Assembly: GCA_016234155.1 (NCBI GenBank)
Contig: JACRGZ010000013.1
Span: 1-32,555 of the forward strand
DNA: 32,555 nucleotides
DNA from: Nitrospirota bacterium
Lineage (GTDB): Bacteria; Nitrospirota; 9FT-COMBO-42-15; HDB-SIOI813
Reading direction: 5' to 3'
Numbering within the stretch: position 1 is the stretch's first letter; the number at the start of each line of letters is the position of its first letter. Below are positions 1 to 7,956 of this stretch, one piece after another. The notes beneath the pieces are model-generated. The model saw only the letters and a list, made by a program, of their open reading frames with translations. It had not been told where the DNA came from and did not search any database. The position numbers and the translations under genes were made by a program.

Positions 1-2153
1 AATCTATCAATAAATCTAAAGGCCGGCGGTCCCTGATTCTCGAGGAGCATGCTTTTATTGGATATCCCAATATACCGCGGATGGGCCAGATTGGATACAA
101 AGAGGTCTAAGTCCCCGTCATTGTCATAGTCTCCCCACTCTGCGCCGATCGAATGTCCGTAGTAACCCTCTTCCTCATTCCCTTCTACGCCTGCCTCCAT
201 AGCAACATTTGTGAATGTGCCGTCCCCGTTATTCCGCCATAGGAAATTTGGGTCCAATCTATAATTCGCAACATATATATCGGGGTCTCCGTCATTATCA
301 TAGTCACCCCAGTTTACCCCCCTGCCGCACATCTTTTCCGGGGAGACTGTACCTACAAGAGCGCTTATGTCGGTAAATGAGCCGGCCATAAAGGCCGGCA
401 TGGACTCACCCTCCCCCGTACCCCCTCCCGTCAAGGGAGGGGGGGCATTTCTGAGGAGGCGGTCTTGTCGGCACCTTGCCCTCGCTACACTCTCAGACAA
501 TGGTCTTTCATAGTTGGCTATATATATGTCAATAAGGCCGTCATTGTCATAATCGCCCCATGCAGCAGCCTCGGTAGGAAGGGTGTCAGGGTCTGCCAGG
601 GCCGTTGGGGTAATATCAGTGAATGCCCCGTCCCCGTTATTCCTCCAAAATCTGTCAGTTGACCCCTTGCCTGATGCAAACGTATAAAAATCAATGTTGC
701 CGTCATTGTTGAAGTCCCCCCATAAACCTCCATTGGCGCCTGTAATACCGCCGATCCCTGCATCCTTCGTTACGTCAGTAAATGTCCCGTTGCCATTGTT
801 CTTAAAAAGTACCGTCCCATTAAACAGTATGTCTTCATATCCGTCATTATTATAGTCACCCCATGCGACCCTGCTTGCCCTTGCCTCTGATAATCCAGCC
901 TCTCTCGTTACGTCCGTAAATGATGTAACCCCCCTTTTTTTTGCAAAGAACTTGTTTGGCGGCTCTTCTACTAACAATCCCTCTAACCCTGTCGTCCTCC
1001 CTTTGATAAAGGGATATAAGGCCATGAGCCTCTCCTCTGCCTCCTTATTTTCTCCAGACTGATGGGCCTGCACATACGAATCAATTGCCCCGTATATCTC
1101 CCCATTTTCTTCGAGCAATAGTCCCTGGTGGTAGTACAGGTCCTTGTCATATTCAAGTAATTTAACTCCCCGTTTATATGCCTTCTCTGCATCTTTGTAT
1201 CTGCCAAGCTTGTAGTATGCCAAGCCAAGCGTGTCATAGTATGTCCCCTTTGCCTTTTTCAGGTCTTTGTGCCATTCAGTATCAGGGTAATGTTCAGGTT
1301 TATCAGCAGGGTCAGGATTGTTAATAAGGATTAATGCCTTTTTCAAATATGAGACTGCCATCTCTAAGGCGATATCCTTCTTTGTATACCAGTAGCCCAC
1401 AGAAAAATTTGCCCTCCTGTTATCAGGTTCATCCCTGATCCATTCTTCTCCGAATTGAAATAACCTCTCCTTATCTTTAAGTTCCTCTGCGGCTATGCTC
1501 ATCCGGATTGAGCGAACCATGTGGCGCTCTTTGCCTGAAGGAAATAGCCTCAAAAAGTCATCTATCATCTTCAGGCGCTTCTCTGCATCCTTCTCCGGCA
1601 GGATATTTTCTGAGAGATAATTAGAAAGGGTTGACCTGATCTCCTCATCAGGATCCAAGCCCATTATTTCTTCTGCTATTTTATCCGTCCTTTCATTTTT
1701 ATGAAGGAAGCTAAACCCTCTAAAGGCGGCCATAAGCCTCTCCGGGCCTTTATCTCCAGAGTTCATAAAGACCTCTATATCTATTTCCACTTCCTCCTTT
1801 GCCTTTTCCGAGTAACCGGACTCTTCTAATCTTACGGCCCAAAGGCCGACATAGGCCCCAAATGCATCCCTGTCATACCTTAATGCCTCTTTGTATGCAT
1901 GCCTGGCGCCTTCATAATTTTCTATTGTAAAATAGACATCCCCGAGGGCAACCCATGCCTCTGCATTCTTCTGATTATATCTAAGGGACTTTATCAGGGC
2001 GGCCTCTGCCCTGTCATATTTGCGCTTGTCAGCAAATGCCACCCCATTTTTAAGGTGTGTATCTGACTTGTAAGACTCTATAAGGGAGACACATCCCGTG
2101 GATATTAGAGAGGCATAGATGATAAGGGGGATCAGGGAAAGTTTTTTGACCAT
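1..2153 (-). CDS. TPR-repeat plus FG-GAP/VCBS-repeat (CRTAC1/ASPIC-UnbV-like) putative lipoprotein; C-terminal part runs off the window
   Basis: Absent from the ORF track because it has no stop in the window. Manual reverse-complement translation from ATG 2153-2151 stays open to position 1. It gives MVKKLSLIPLIIYASLISTGC (signal/lipobox-like), TPR-like helices, then repeated WGDY(D/N)NDG..D and (W/F)xNNG(D/N)GTFTDV motifs typical of FG-GAP/CRTAC1 proteins. The start overlaps the stop of the upstream gene by 22 nt. Confidence 0.75.
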   Translation of the reverse strand, partial: MVKKLSLIPLIIYASLISTGCVSLIESYKSDTHLKNGVAFADKRKYDRAEAALIKSLRYNQKNAEAWVALGDVYFTIENYEGARHAYKEALRYDRDAFGAYVGLWAVRLEESGYSEKAKEEVEIDIEVFMNSGDKGPERLMAAFRGFSFLHKNERTDKIAEEIMGLDPDEEIRSTLSNYLSENILPEKDAEKRLKMIDDFLRLFPSGKERHMVRSIRMSIAAEELKDKERLFQFGEEWIRDEPDNRRANFSVGYWYTKKDIALEMAVSYLKKALILINNPDPADKPEHYPDTEWHKDLKKAKGTYYDTLGLAYYKLGRYKDAEKAYKRGVKLLEYDKDLYYHQGLLLEENGEIYGAIDSYVQAHQSGENKEAEERLMALYPFIKGRTTGLEGLLVEEPPNKFFAKKRGVTSFTDVTREAGLSEARASRVAWGDYNNDGYEDILFNGTVLFKNNGNGTFTDVTKDAGIGGITGANGGLWGDFNNDGNIDFYTFASGKGSTDRFWRNNGDGAFTDITPTALADPDTLPTEAAAWGDYDNDGLIDIYIANYERPLSESVARARCRQDRLLRNAPPPLTGGGTGEGESMPAFMAGSFTDISALVGTVSPEKMCGRGVNWGDYDNDGDPDIYVANYRLDPNFLWRNNGDGTFTNVAMEAGVEGNEEEGYYGHSIGAEWGDYDNDGDLDLFVSNLAHPRYIGISNKSMLLENQGPPAFRFIDR
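381..399. repeat. R4 hairpin GCCGGCC-ATAAA-GGCCGGC (inside the CRTAC1-like CDS, adjoining R1 copy 1)
   Basis: Perfect 7-bp palindrome, 17/19 identical to 13911-13929. Confidence 0.8.
407..445 (-). repeat. R1 G/C-run hairpin module, copy 1 (inside the CRTAC1-like CDS)
   Basis: The sense strand reads CCCCCCCTCCC-TTGAC-GGGAGGGGG-TAC-GGGGGAGGGTG, with the same architecture as copies at 7916 and 22637. Confidence 0.85.
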
Positions 2154-3631
2154 TCCTTTGAGTGATAACAGGTAAGTCTCCACCGGTCATATAGTTTTAC
2201 GGCGTCCTGTTCGGCGATTTTAGGGTTAAATGTCTTTGCAGCAGGAGTGAGCCTTTCCACAGATGATACCCCCTGCCAGACCCTCCGGCTGAGACCGGCC
2301 AGGAAGGCGACACCGAGGGCAATGGAGTCCCCTTCCCTTGCCTTGTTCAAGGGTCTGCGCAGAATATCTGCCTGAAACTCTAAAAGATAGGGTATGTCCG
2401 CCACCTTACCGTTTGCAATAATCCTTTTTAGGGGTATACGCCCGTCTGCCAGTACTACGTTGATGGTATCTTTTACCAGGAATGCGATAGATTCTACAGC
2501 AGCTCGTACCATATCCTCCCTTGCCGTAGAAGATTTAAGCCCGTATATACAGGTTGTATTGTTAGTATCCCGGTAAGGGGAGCCGGCCCCTGTGATGGAC
2601 GGGAACATGAATAAACGGCCTGCAGATGCCCTGCATAACTTATCAATATCATCATTCTGTTTGATAATACCGAGGTTGGTTTGCATCCACTCTAATATTG
2701 AGCCGGCCGAGTTTATGACACCTTCAAGCATGTATGTAGTATTATCGCCATTTGACCAGGCGATAGTCGTCAGAAGTCCGGGCAATAAAAATATCTTCTT
2801 CCCTGTATTGGTGAGGATAAAACCGGTACTATTATAATTTATATGGACATCCCCTTCCTGAAACAGGCCGTGTCCGATAAGTGAGGCCTGATGTTCTGCT
2901 GTAGATGCATGAATTGGTATGGTCTGTCCTTCTATTAATGCATCTCCATAGTGGACTGATGTAGGGAGGATAGACGGGAGGATCTCAGGAGGTATATTGA
3001 ATAGTTCAAGCAGTTCTTTATCCCATGATTTTGTAAAAATATTACACAGGAGTGTCTGTGCGGCGCTTGCGTGGTCTATTGTAAATGCCGCCCCTTTTGT
3101 AAGGTGCCACATCAGGTATGTATTTACCGGGCCGCACAGCAGTCGCCCTTTTTCCAGCAGCTTTTGTGCTGACTTTGTATTCTCTAATACCCACTTTATC
3201 TTTGATGCGGAATAGTAAGGGGATAAGATAAGTCCTGTCCGTTCACGGACTGTCTCACGATAATCCACCTTCTCTTTGCATATCTCTGTTCCACGGGGAT
3301 CGGTATAGCTTATGGAATTATAGATTGGTTTGCCTGTATCTTTATCCCAGAGTATTATTGTAGAGCGTTGTCCTGCAAATCCTGCAGCGGCTATCTGACT
3401 CTTTTTATTCCCTATCTTTTTAAATAATACCTTTATTGCGTTCTGCTGGCTTTTCAGTATATCGGCGGGTCTGTATTCAATCCAGCCTGATTTAAGCCAG
3501 CCTGATTTAAGATAGATGGGCCGCAGGGGGTGTTCCCCCTGGGCGATAATTTTACCTTTATTATCAATGAGAGTTGCCTTTGAATTTAAAGAGCCTTGCT
3601 CAAGTGCAAGGATATATTGGCCCATGGGCAT
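2132..3631 (-). CDS. FGGY-family carbohydrate kinase, glycerol-kinase-like but divergent
   Basis: The 499-aa ORF is colinear with GlpK-type kinases (GKPIYN, SPYYSASKIKW, LLTTIAW, EGVINSAGS, ITGAGSPY, ALGVAFLAG). Several positions I recall as catalytic or substrate-binding in GlpK are replaced: DQGTT->EQGSL, QRET->QRST, GDQQAA->AEHQAS, VDGG->ANGK. Confidence 0.7.
   Translation of the reverse strand: MPMGQYILALEQGSLNSKATLIDNKGKIIAQGEHPLRPIYLKSGWLKSGWIEYRPADILKSQQNAIKVLFKKIGNKKSQIAAAGFAGQRSTIILWDKDTGKPIYNSISYTDPRGTEICKEKVDYRETVRERTGLILSPYYSASKIKWVLENTKSAQKLLEKGRLLCGPVNTYLMWHLTKGAAFTIDHASAAQTLLCNIFTKSWDKELLELFNIPPEILPSILPTSVHYGDALIEGQTIPIHASTAEHQASLIGHGLFQEGDVHINYNSTGFILTNTGKKIFLLPGLLTTIAWSNGDNTTYMLEGVINSAGSILEWMQTNLGIIKQNDDIDKLCRASAGRLFMFPSITGAGSPYRDTNNTTCIYGLKSSTAREDMVRAAVESIAFLVKDTINVVLADGRIPLKRIIANGKVADIPYLLEFQADILRRPLNKAREGDSIALGVAFLAGLSRRVWQGVSSVERLTPAAKTFNPKIAEQDAVKLYDRWRLTCYHSKEWSKNFP
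3482..3511 (-). repeat. Perfect tandem 15-bp duplication inside the FGGY kinase CDS
   Basis: CCAGCCTGATTTAAG occurs twice on the plus strand, giving the duplicated LKSGW-LKSGW in the protein. Confidence 0.9.
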
Positions 3632-3762
3632 TTGTCCCTATTTAACTGTGAAATTCGGCTTATAATAACAATCTGGGTTTGCAAAGTCAACGATAGACTT
3701 TTCCGTATTTGTGAACTGAGGCACTTAGCTAATTTTTCAACCTCCATCTGACGATATAACTA

Positions 3763-3787
3763 TAGCCTGCCCTGAACTTGTTTCAGG
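3763..3787 (-). repeat. R3 hairpin module (CCCTGAAACAAGTTCAGGGCAGGCT), copy a
   Basis: It is 25/25 identical to the reverse complement of 22607-22631 and contains a 7-bp-stem hairpin CCCTGAA/TTCAGGG. Intergenic, upstream of the GGDEF-EAL gene. Confidence 0.9.
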
Positions 3788-3825
3788 GTCATCGTACAAA
3801 AACCCCGGTGGCTGGCCTGAAGAGC

Positions 3826-5538
3826 ATGAAAAAATCAATTACAAAACGGCGAAAAAGGATGGAGTCAGAAGAGCTCTACCGCTCGGTAATCGAGCAGGCA
3901 TCAGAGGGGATACTGCTCGTTTCAATTAACAATAAAAAGATCATAGAGGGGAATGCGGCCTTTAACAATCTGCTCGGCTACAGCAGCGGGGAAGTTGTTA
4001 ATATGAGCCTCTACGACATAATTGCAGAGGGGCGTGAGACTATAGACCTTGAGGTTGATCGTATCCTTCGGGAAAAAAGAGATATAAGGCTGTACCACAG
4101 GGACGGGTCTTACGTCTATGCAGAATTATCGGCTAACAGTATTACTTATAATGACCAGGATACGATGTGCCTTGTTGTGCATGATATAACTGAAAGGAAA
4201 CGTTTTGAAGAACAACTGATGTTTCAGGCAAATCACGACTCACTGACCGGGCTTGCCAACAAGGGCCTCCTCGAGGACCGCCTTAGTCAGGCTACAGCCT
4301 ACCAGAAGCGGAAAAATAACATACTTGCGATAATGCTCCTTGACCTCGACCGCTTTAAGGTCATTAACGATACCCTTGGCCACCCTGCCGGGGACATCCT
4401 TTTACAGGCTGTTGCTGAACGGTTGAAGGTATCTGTGAGGAGCTATGATACCGTGGCACGCCTCGGAGGAGATGAGTTTGTCATCGTTGTTACAGATGTC
4501 TTAAACACCAATGATGTCATTACTATTGCAAAGAATATCCTGAATCTCTTTACCACACCATTTACGCTAAACGGACAGGAGTTATTTGTTACAGCAAGTA
4601 TCGGGATATCTGTCTATCCATTTGACGGTGATAGCGTTGAACACCTCTTGATGAAGGCAGATACGGCAATGTATCATTGTAAGGGGCAGGGCGGGAACAA
4701 CTATCAGTTTTTTGCTGAAGATATGAACATAAAGGTGAGAGACAGGCTTACGCTGGAAACAAGCCTGCGAAAGGCCATTGATCAGGAAGAACTGATCCTC
4801 TATTATCAGCCTAAGGTGGATCTGACAACAGGGCGTATCTGCGGGATGGAGGCCTTAATAAGGTGGCGGCGTGCAGACGGCAAATTGGTCTTACCCGCGG
4901 AATTTATACCATTGGCTGAAGAGACGGGATTAATAATCCCCATAGGTGAATGGGTGCTGCGTAATGCCTGCAGGGACACCAGACGGTTGCTGGATAAGGG
5001 ATACTCCGGACTACGTGTTTCGGTAAATCTCTCCGGCCGTCAATTTGCGCAGCAAAACCTGGTTGAGATGCTGAAGGATGCCCTGACGGAGAGCGGCCTC
5101 GATCCGGGACACCTTGAATTAGAGCTGACTGAGAGCGTCCTGATGAAGGATGAAGAAGGGATTATCAAAAAGCTTTGTGCAATGAAAGAAACAGGGGTAA
5201 TGCTGTCTATTGACGATTTTGGCACGGGTTATTCATCCCTGAGTTATCTGAAAAGATTCCCGATAGACGAGATCAAGATTGACAGGTCATTTGTTCAGGA
5301 CATCACAAACAATCCTGATGGCGCTGCAATCGTTAATGCAATCCTGGCAATGGCGCATACACTCAAATTGCGGGTTGTCGCCGAAGGGGTCGAGACTATG
5401 GAGCAGGCGATGTTCTTAGTCGAGCACCGGTGCGAAGAGATGCAGGGGTACTACTTTAGCCCGCCGTTGCCGCTTGAGGCATTTGAAGAGATGCTCCGTT
5501 CCGGGAAGCAACTGACCGTAGCATCTCAGCACATCTGA
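3826..5538 (+). CDS. PAS-GGDEF-EAL c-di-GMP signalling protein
   Basis: PAS-like N-terminus. The GGDEF domain has an intact ARLGGDEFVIV motif. The EAL domain has EALIRW, DDFGTGYSSLSYL and the Q..GYYFS tail. The track start TTG 3778 lies inside repeat R3, so the first ATG (3826) is preferred. Confidence 0.85.
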   Translation: MKKSITKRRKRMESEELYRSVIEQASEGILLVSINNKKIIEGNAAFNNLLGYSSGEVVNMSLYDIIAEGRETIDLEVDRILREKRDIRLYHRDGSYVYAELSANSITYNDQDTMCLVVHDITERKRFEEQLMFQANHDSLTGLANKGLLEDRLSQATAYQKRKNNILAIMLLDLDRFKVINDTLGHPAGDILLQAVAERLKVSVRSYDTVARLGGDEFVIVVTDVLNTNDVITIAKNILNLFTTPFTLNGQELFVTASIGISVYPFDGDSVEHLLMKADTAMYHCKGQGGNNYQFFAEDMNIKVRDRLTLETSLRKAIDQEELILYYQPKVDLTTGRICGMEALIRWRRADGKLVLPAEFIPLAEETGLIIPIGEWVLRNACRDTRRLLDKGYSGLRVSVNLSGRQFAQQNLVEMLKDALTESGLDPGHLELELTESVLMKDEEGIIKKLCAMKETGVMLSIDDFGTGYSSLSYLKRFPIDEIKIDRSFVQDITNNPDGAAIVNAILAMAHTLKLRVVAEGVETMEQAMFLVEHRCEEMQGYYFSPPLPLEAFEEMLRSGKQLTVASQHI

Positions 5539-5540
5539 CC

Positions 5541-5638
5541 TTTTACTCATTGGACAGACCTGAACAAATCCAAAATCCTAAATTTATTCTACCTACACTT
5601 GAATCCTCGACCCCTCGACCCCTTGAACCCTAATTTTC
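5541..5638 (+). repeat. Mosaic of repeat fragments (T3, T4, T1, and the right arm of T2) between convergent genes
   Basis: TTTTACTCATT (T3-like), GGACAGACCTGAA (T4 half), CAAATCCAAAATCCTAAATTT (T1-like), and ACTTGAATCCTCGACCCCTCGACCCCTTGAACCCTAATTT (T2 right arm only). Confidence 0.75.
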
Positions 5639-5658
5639 ATTAAGGCTAAAGCCTGCGG

Positions 5659-6750
5659 CTACAGTCTTGCAGCGCTGTAAAACATATACCCTCCGATACC
5701 CATAAATATTATATTTGCCAGCCAGGCCGAAAGTATGGCCGGCAGATAGCCTGAATAACCTATATGTAGTGAGAAGGAGAAGGAAACCCAGTATAAGACA
5801 CTTATGGCGATGCATAATCCAACTCCGCCGGCAATCCCGCCGTACCTTTTTATATGGAAGGCTATGGACATCCCCAGGACAGACATTATAAACCCTGCAA
5901 AAGGGAAGGATGTCTTTGCGTACAGGTCTACTGCAAGCCTTTTAATCTCGTAGCCCTCTTTTTTTATCTTCTCGATATAATTTTTTAACGTTGCAAACCT
6001 TGTCTCGGATGCCTGGATTGTAACATGCCTGAAGTCCTGCGTTTTAAAGGGAAATGCTACAGGAAGTCTGTCAAAGTTATAGATCTTTAATCCCCCTGCC
6101 TTTTCTCCCTCCCCCCAAGTCCTCCTTATACCTCCCAGTAAAAACCACTCCCCGTTCTCTGATACAGCCCCTTTTGCTGAGATACTCTCCCTGATCTGAA
6201 AATCAGGTGTCAGATAGTATACATTGACCCGCCCCATTACCTTTTTGTCAGGGTCTATAAACCTGACATTGTAAATAGTATAGTTGTCAGCCTTAAGCCA
6301 GAGGCTGTCTTCTTTAAAGAACATCTCCCTCGGTCTTGCCTCAGCCATTCTCTTTATATCTTCAGCCTTCCTGTTTGTTATCGGCATGAGGGAATCATTG
6401 AGGAAAAATGCTGCAACTGATATGACAACTGTTATTGCAAGGACAGGGAAGGTGATGTTCCGGACACTTAATCCCCCTGAACGCATTGCTGTCACCTCAT
6501 TGTATTTTGCAAAGAGCCCTAAATTGAGAAACGATGCAAAGAGGATGGAGAGCGGGATTATGTAGTAGACAGCCTGCGGTAACCGTAAAAGGAAATAGCC
6601 ATATATGGTGTGAAGATCAGTATGGGCCTTCGTAAAATCACTCAGATTTTCAAAAACATCTACTACCATGTAAAGGATTGTCAGACCTGCTGCAATAAGG
6701 AGCAGTATTTTAATAAATTCTATGGTTACGTATCTTGAAATAATTTTCAT
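5659..6750 (-). CDS. lptG: LPS export ABC permease LptG (YjgP/YjgQ family)
   Basis: 363 aa, MKIISRYV.. N-terminus, multi-TM with a periplasmic beta-jellyroll-like insert. It is the second gene of an adjacent pair of paralogous permeases. Confidence 0.8.
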   Translation of the reverse strand: MKIISRYVTIEFIKILLLIAAGLTILYMVVDVFENLSDFTKAHTDLHTIYGYFLLRLPQAVYYIIPLSILFASFLNLGLFAKYNEVTAMRSGGLSVRNITFPVLAITVVISVAAFFLNDSLMPITNRKAEDIKRMAEARPREMFFKEDSLWLKADNYTIYNVRFIDPDKKVMGRVNVYYLTPDFQIRESISAKGAVSENGEWFLLGGIRRTWGEGEKAGGLKIYNFDRLPVAFPFKTQDFRHVTIQASETRFATLKNYIEKIKKEGYEIKRLAVDLYAKTSFPFAGFIMSVLGMSIAFHIKRYGGIAGGVGLCIAISVLYWVSFSFSLHIGYSGYLPAILSAWLANIIFMGIGGYMFYSAARL

Positions 6751-6763
6751 CTGTAAATCCTGT

Positions 6764-7861
6764 TCATTTTCTTGCCACCACCGCTATAGAGAAACCGGCG
6801 AGCATGAGGGATACGGCGACAGTAGCCCACGCTGCCCAGAAAGGGTGTATAAAGCCTTCGACGGCTAATATCTCAAACCCGCTGTCTATAACATAATAAC
6901 AGAATACAATAGCGATACTTACTATAAAACCGGCGAACCTGCTTGAAAACTTAGACAAGATACCAACAGGCGCTCCAAGGATCCCGAGGACTAAAGCTGC
7001 TGCCGGGAGTGAGAATTTCTTATGGAACTCTATCATCGCCCTCCTGTATTCCCTGTATTTCCCCTGATCTAAATCCTCTTTCATCTTTTTCCTTAATTCA
7101 CCAAGTCCAATCCCCCATACATCTTTAAACAAACGCACCCTTTCTATTGAATTAGCCGCATCTAATCTGATGTAATATGTGGAAAATGAGGCCATCTGGT
7201 ATCTTTCTCTGTCTTCTAACTCAAAATATATACGGCCGTTTTCAAGTTTCAGGAAGATGTTCGCCGTGGATGGGTCATTAAGGAATTTGCCTCGCCGGGC
7301 TGTTATAATCTTTGAATCCTTCGATGATCTGTCAGAGATGAGAACGTCATTTAATGTGTCAGCTTCCTCTACTTTTTTTACATACACTAACAGATTAAAG
7401 AGGTTGTTAAATACCCCTTCCTGAAGGCCAAGATTCCTCTCACTTTTAAGGGCCTCATAGGATTGTAATCTTATATACCGGTTTCCCATAGGTTGAAGGA
7501 CAGTGGATGAGAGCAAGGCAAGTAAAAAGGCTATCAGCGAGAATATAAGCACAGGGGGGAGCATACGGTAAAGACTGATGCCTGCTGACCTCATGGCTGT
7601 TATCTCATGGTCAGTAGAGAGCCTGCTGAAGGTCAATATGGATGAGATTAGGACAGAGAGTGGTATTGCCAGCACTAAGAAAAGGGGTATAATGAATGGT
7701 GCAAATTTGACAAGGCCGAAGAAACTTATCCCAGTATCAGCGGAGAGCCGCGAGAATTTCATCATCTGCTGCATCAGAAAGGCTGACAGCAGGACTGCGA
7801 TGCTGAGCATAAAGGCGATGGTAAGTTCACGGAGGATGTATCTGTCGAGTATCTTAGTCAT
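6764..7861 (-). CDS. lptF: LPS export ABC permease LptF (YjgP/YjgQ family)
   Basis: 365 aa with the MTKILDRYILRE.. N-terminus typical of LptF/LptG. It is the first gene of the pair, 13 nt upstream of lptG. Confidence 0.8.
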   Translation of the reverse strand: MTKILDRYILRELTIAFMLSIAVLLSAFLMQQMMKFSRLSADTGISFFGLVKFAPFIIPLFLVLAIPLSVLISSILTFSRLSTDHEITAMRSAGISLYRMLPPVLIFSLIAFLLALLSSTVLQPMGNRYIRLQSYEALKSERNLGLQEGVFNNLFNLLVYVKKVEEADTLNDVLISDRSSKDSKIITARRGKFLNDPSTANIFLKLENGRIYFELEDRERYQMASFSTYYIRLDAANSIERVRLFKDVWGIGLGELRKKMKEDLDQGKYREYRRAMIEFHKKFSLPAAALVLGILGAPVGILSKFSSRFAGFIVSIAIVFCYYVIDSGFEILAVEGFIHPFWAAWATVAVSLMLAGFSIAVVARK

Positions 7862-7915
7862 AAGTTTCTACTATAGTTATTTTATCGTTGCTTGTAAATA
7901 GTGCTGCACCACTTT

Positions 7916-7953
7916 ACCCTCCCCCTTGATGGGGGAGGGTTAGGGTGGGGGTG
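7916..7953 (+). repeat. R1 G/C-run hairpin module, copy 2 (immediately upstream of the fdhE-like start)
   Basis: ACCCTCCCCC-TTGAT-GGGGGAGGG-TTA-GGGTGGGGGTG. Confidence 0.85.
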
Positions 7954-7956
7954 AAA

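Noticed and set aside
395-450. Apparent in-frame TGA and frameshift in the CRTAC1-like gene where the R1 module sits (CCC TTG A..)
   Set aside because: Recounting the homopolymer (seven G on the plus strand, 439-445) puts the TTGA in the frame ..CCC TTG ACG.., and the FG-GAP motifs continue in frame on both sides. The call still depends on the exact run length.
7931-7951. Telomere-like strings (GGGTTAGGG in R1; AATCCTAAATCCTAAA in T1)
   Set aside because: They are single occurrences embedded in palindromic repeat modules within a gene-dense interior region, with no terminal arrays. The resemblance is compositional. The G4 reading of R1 is reported separately.
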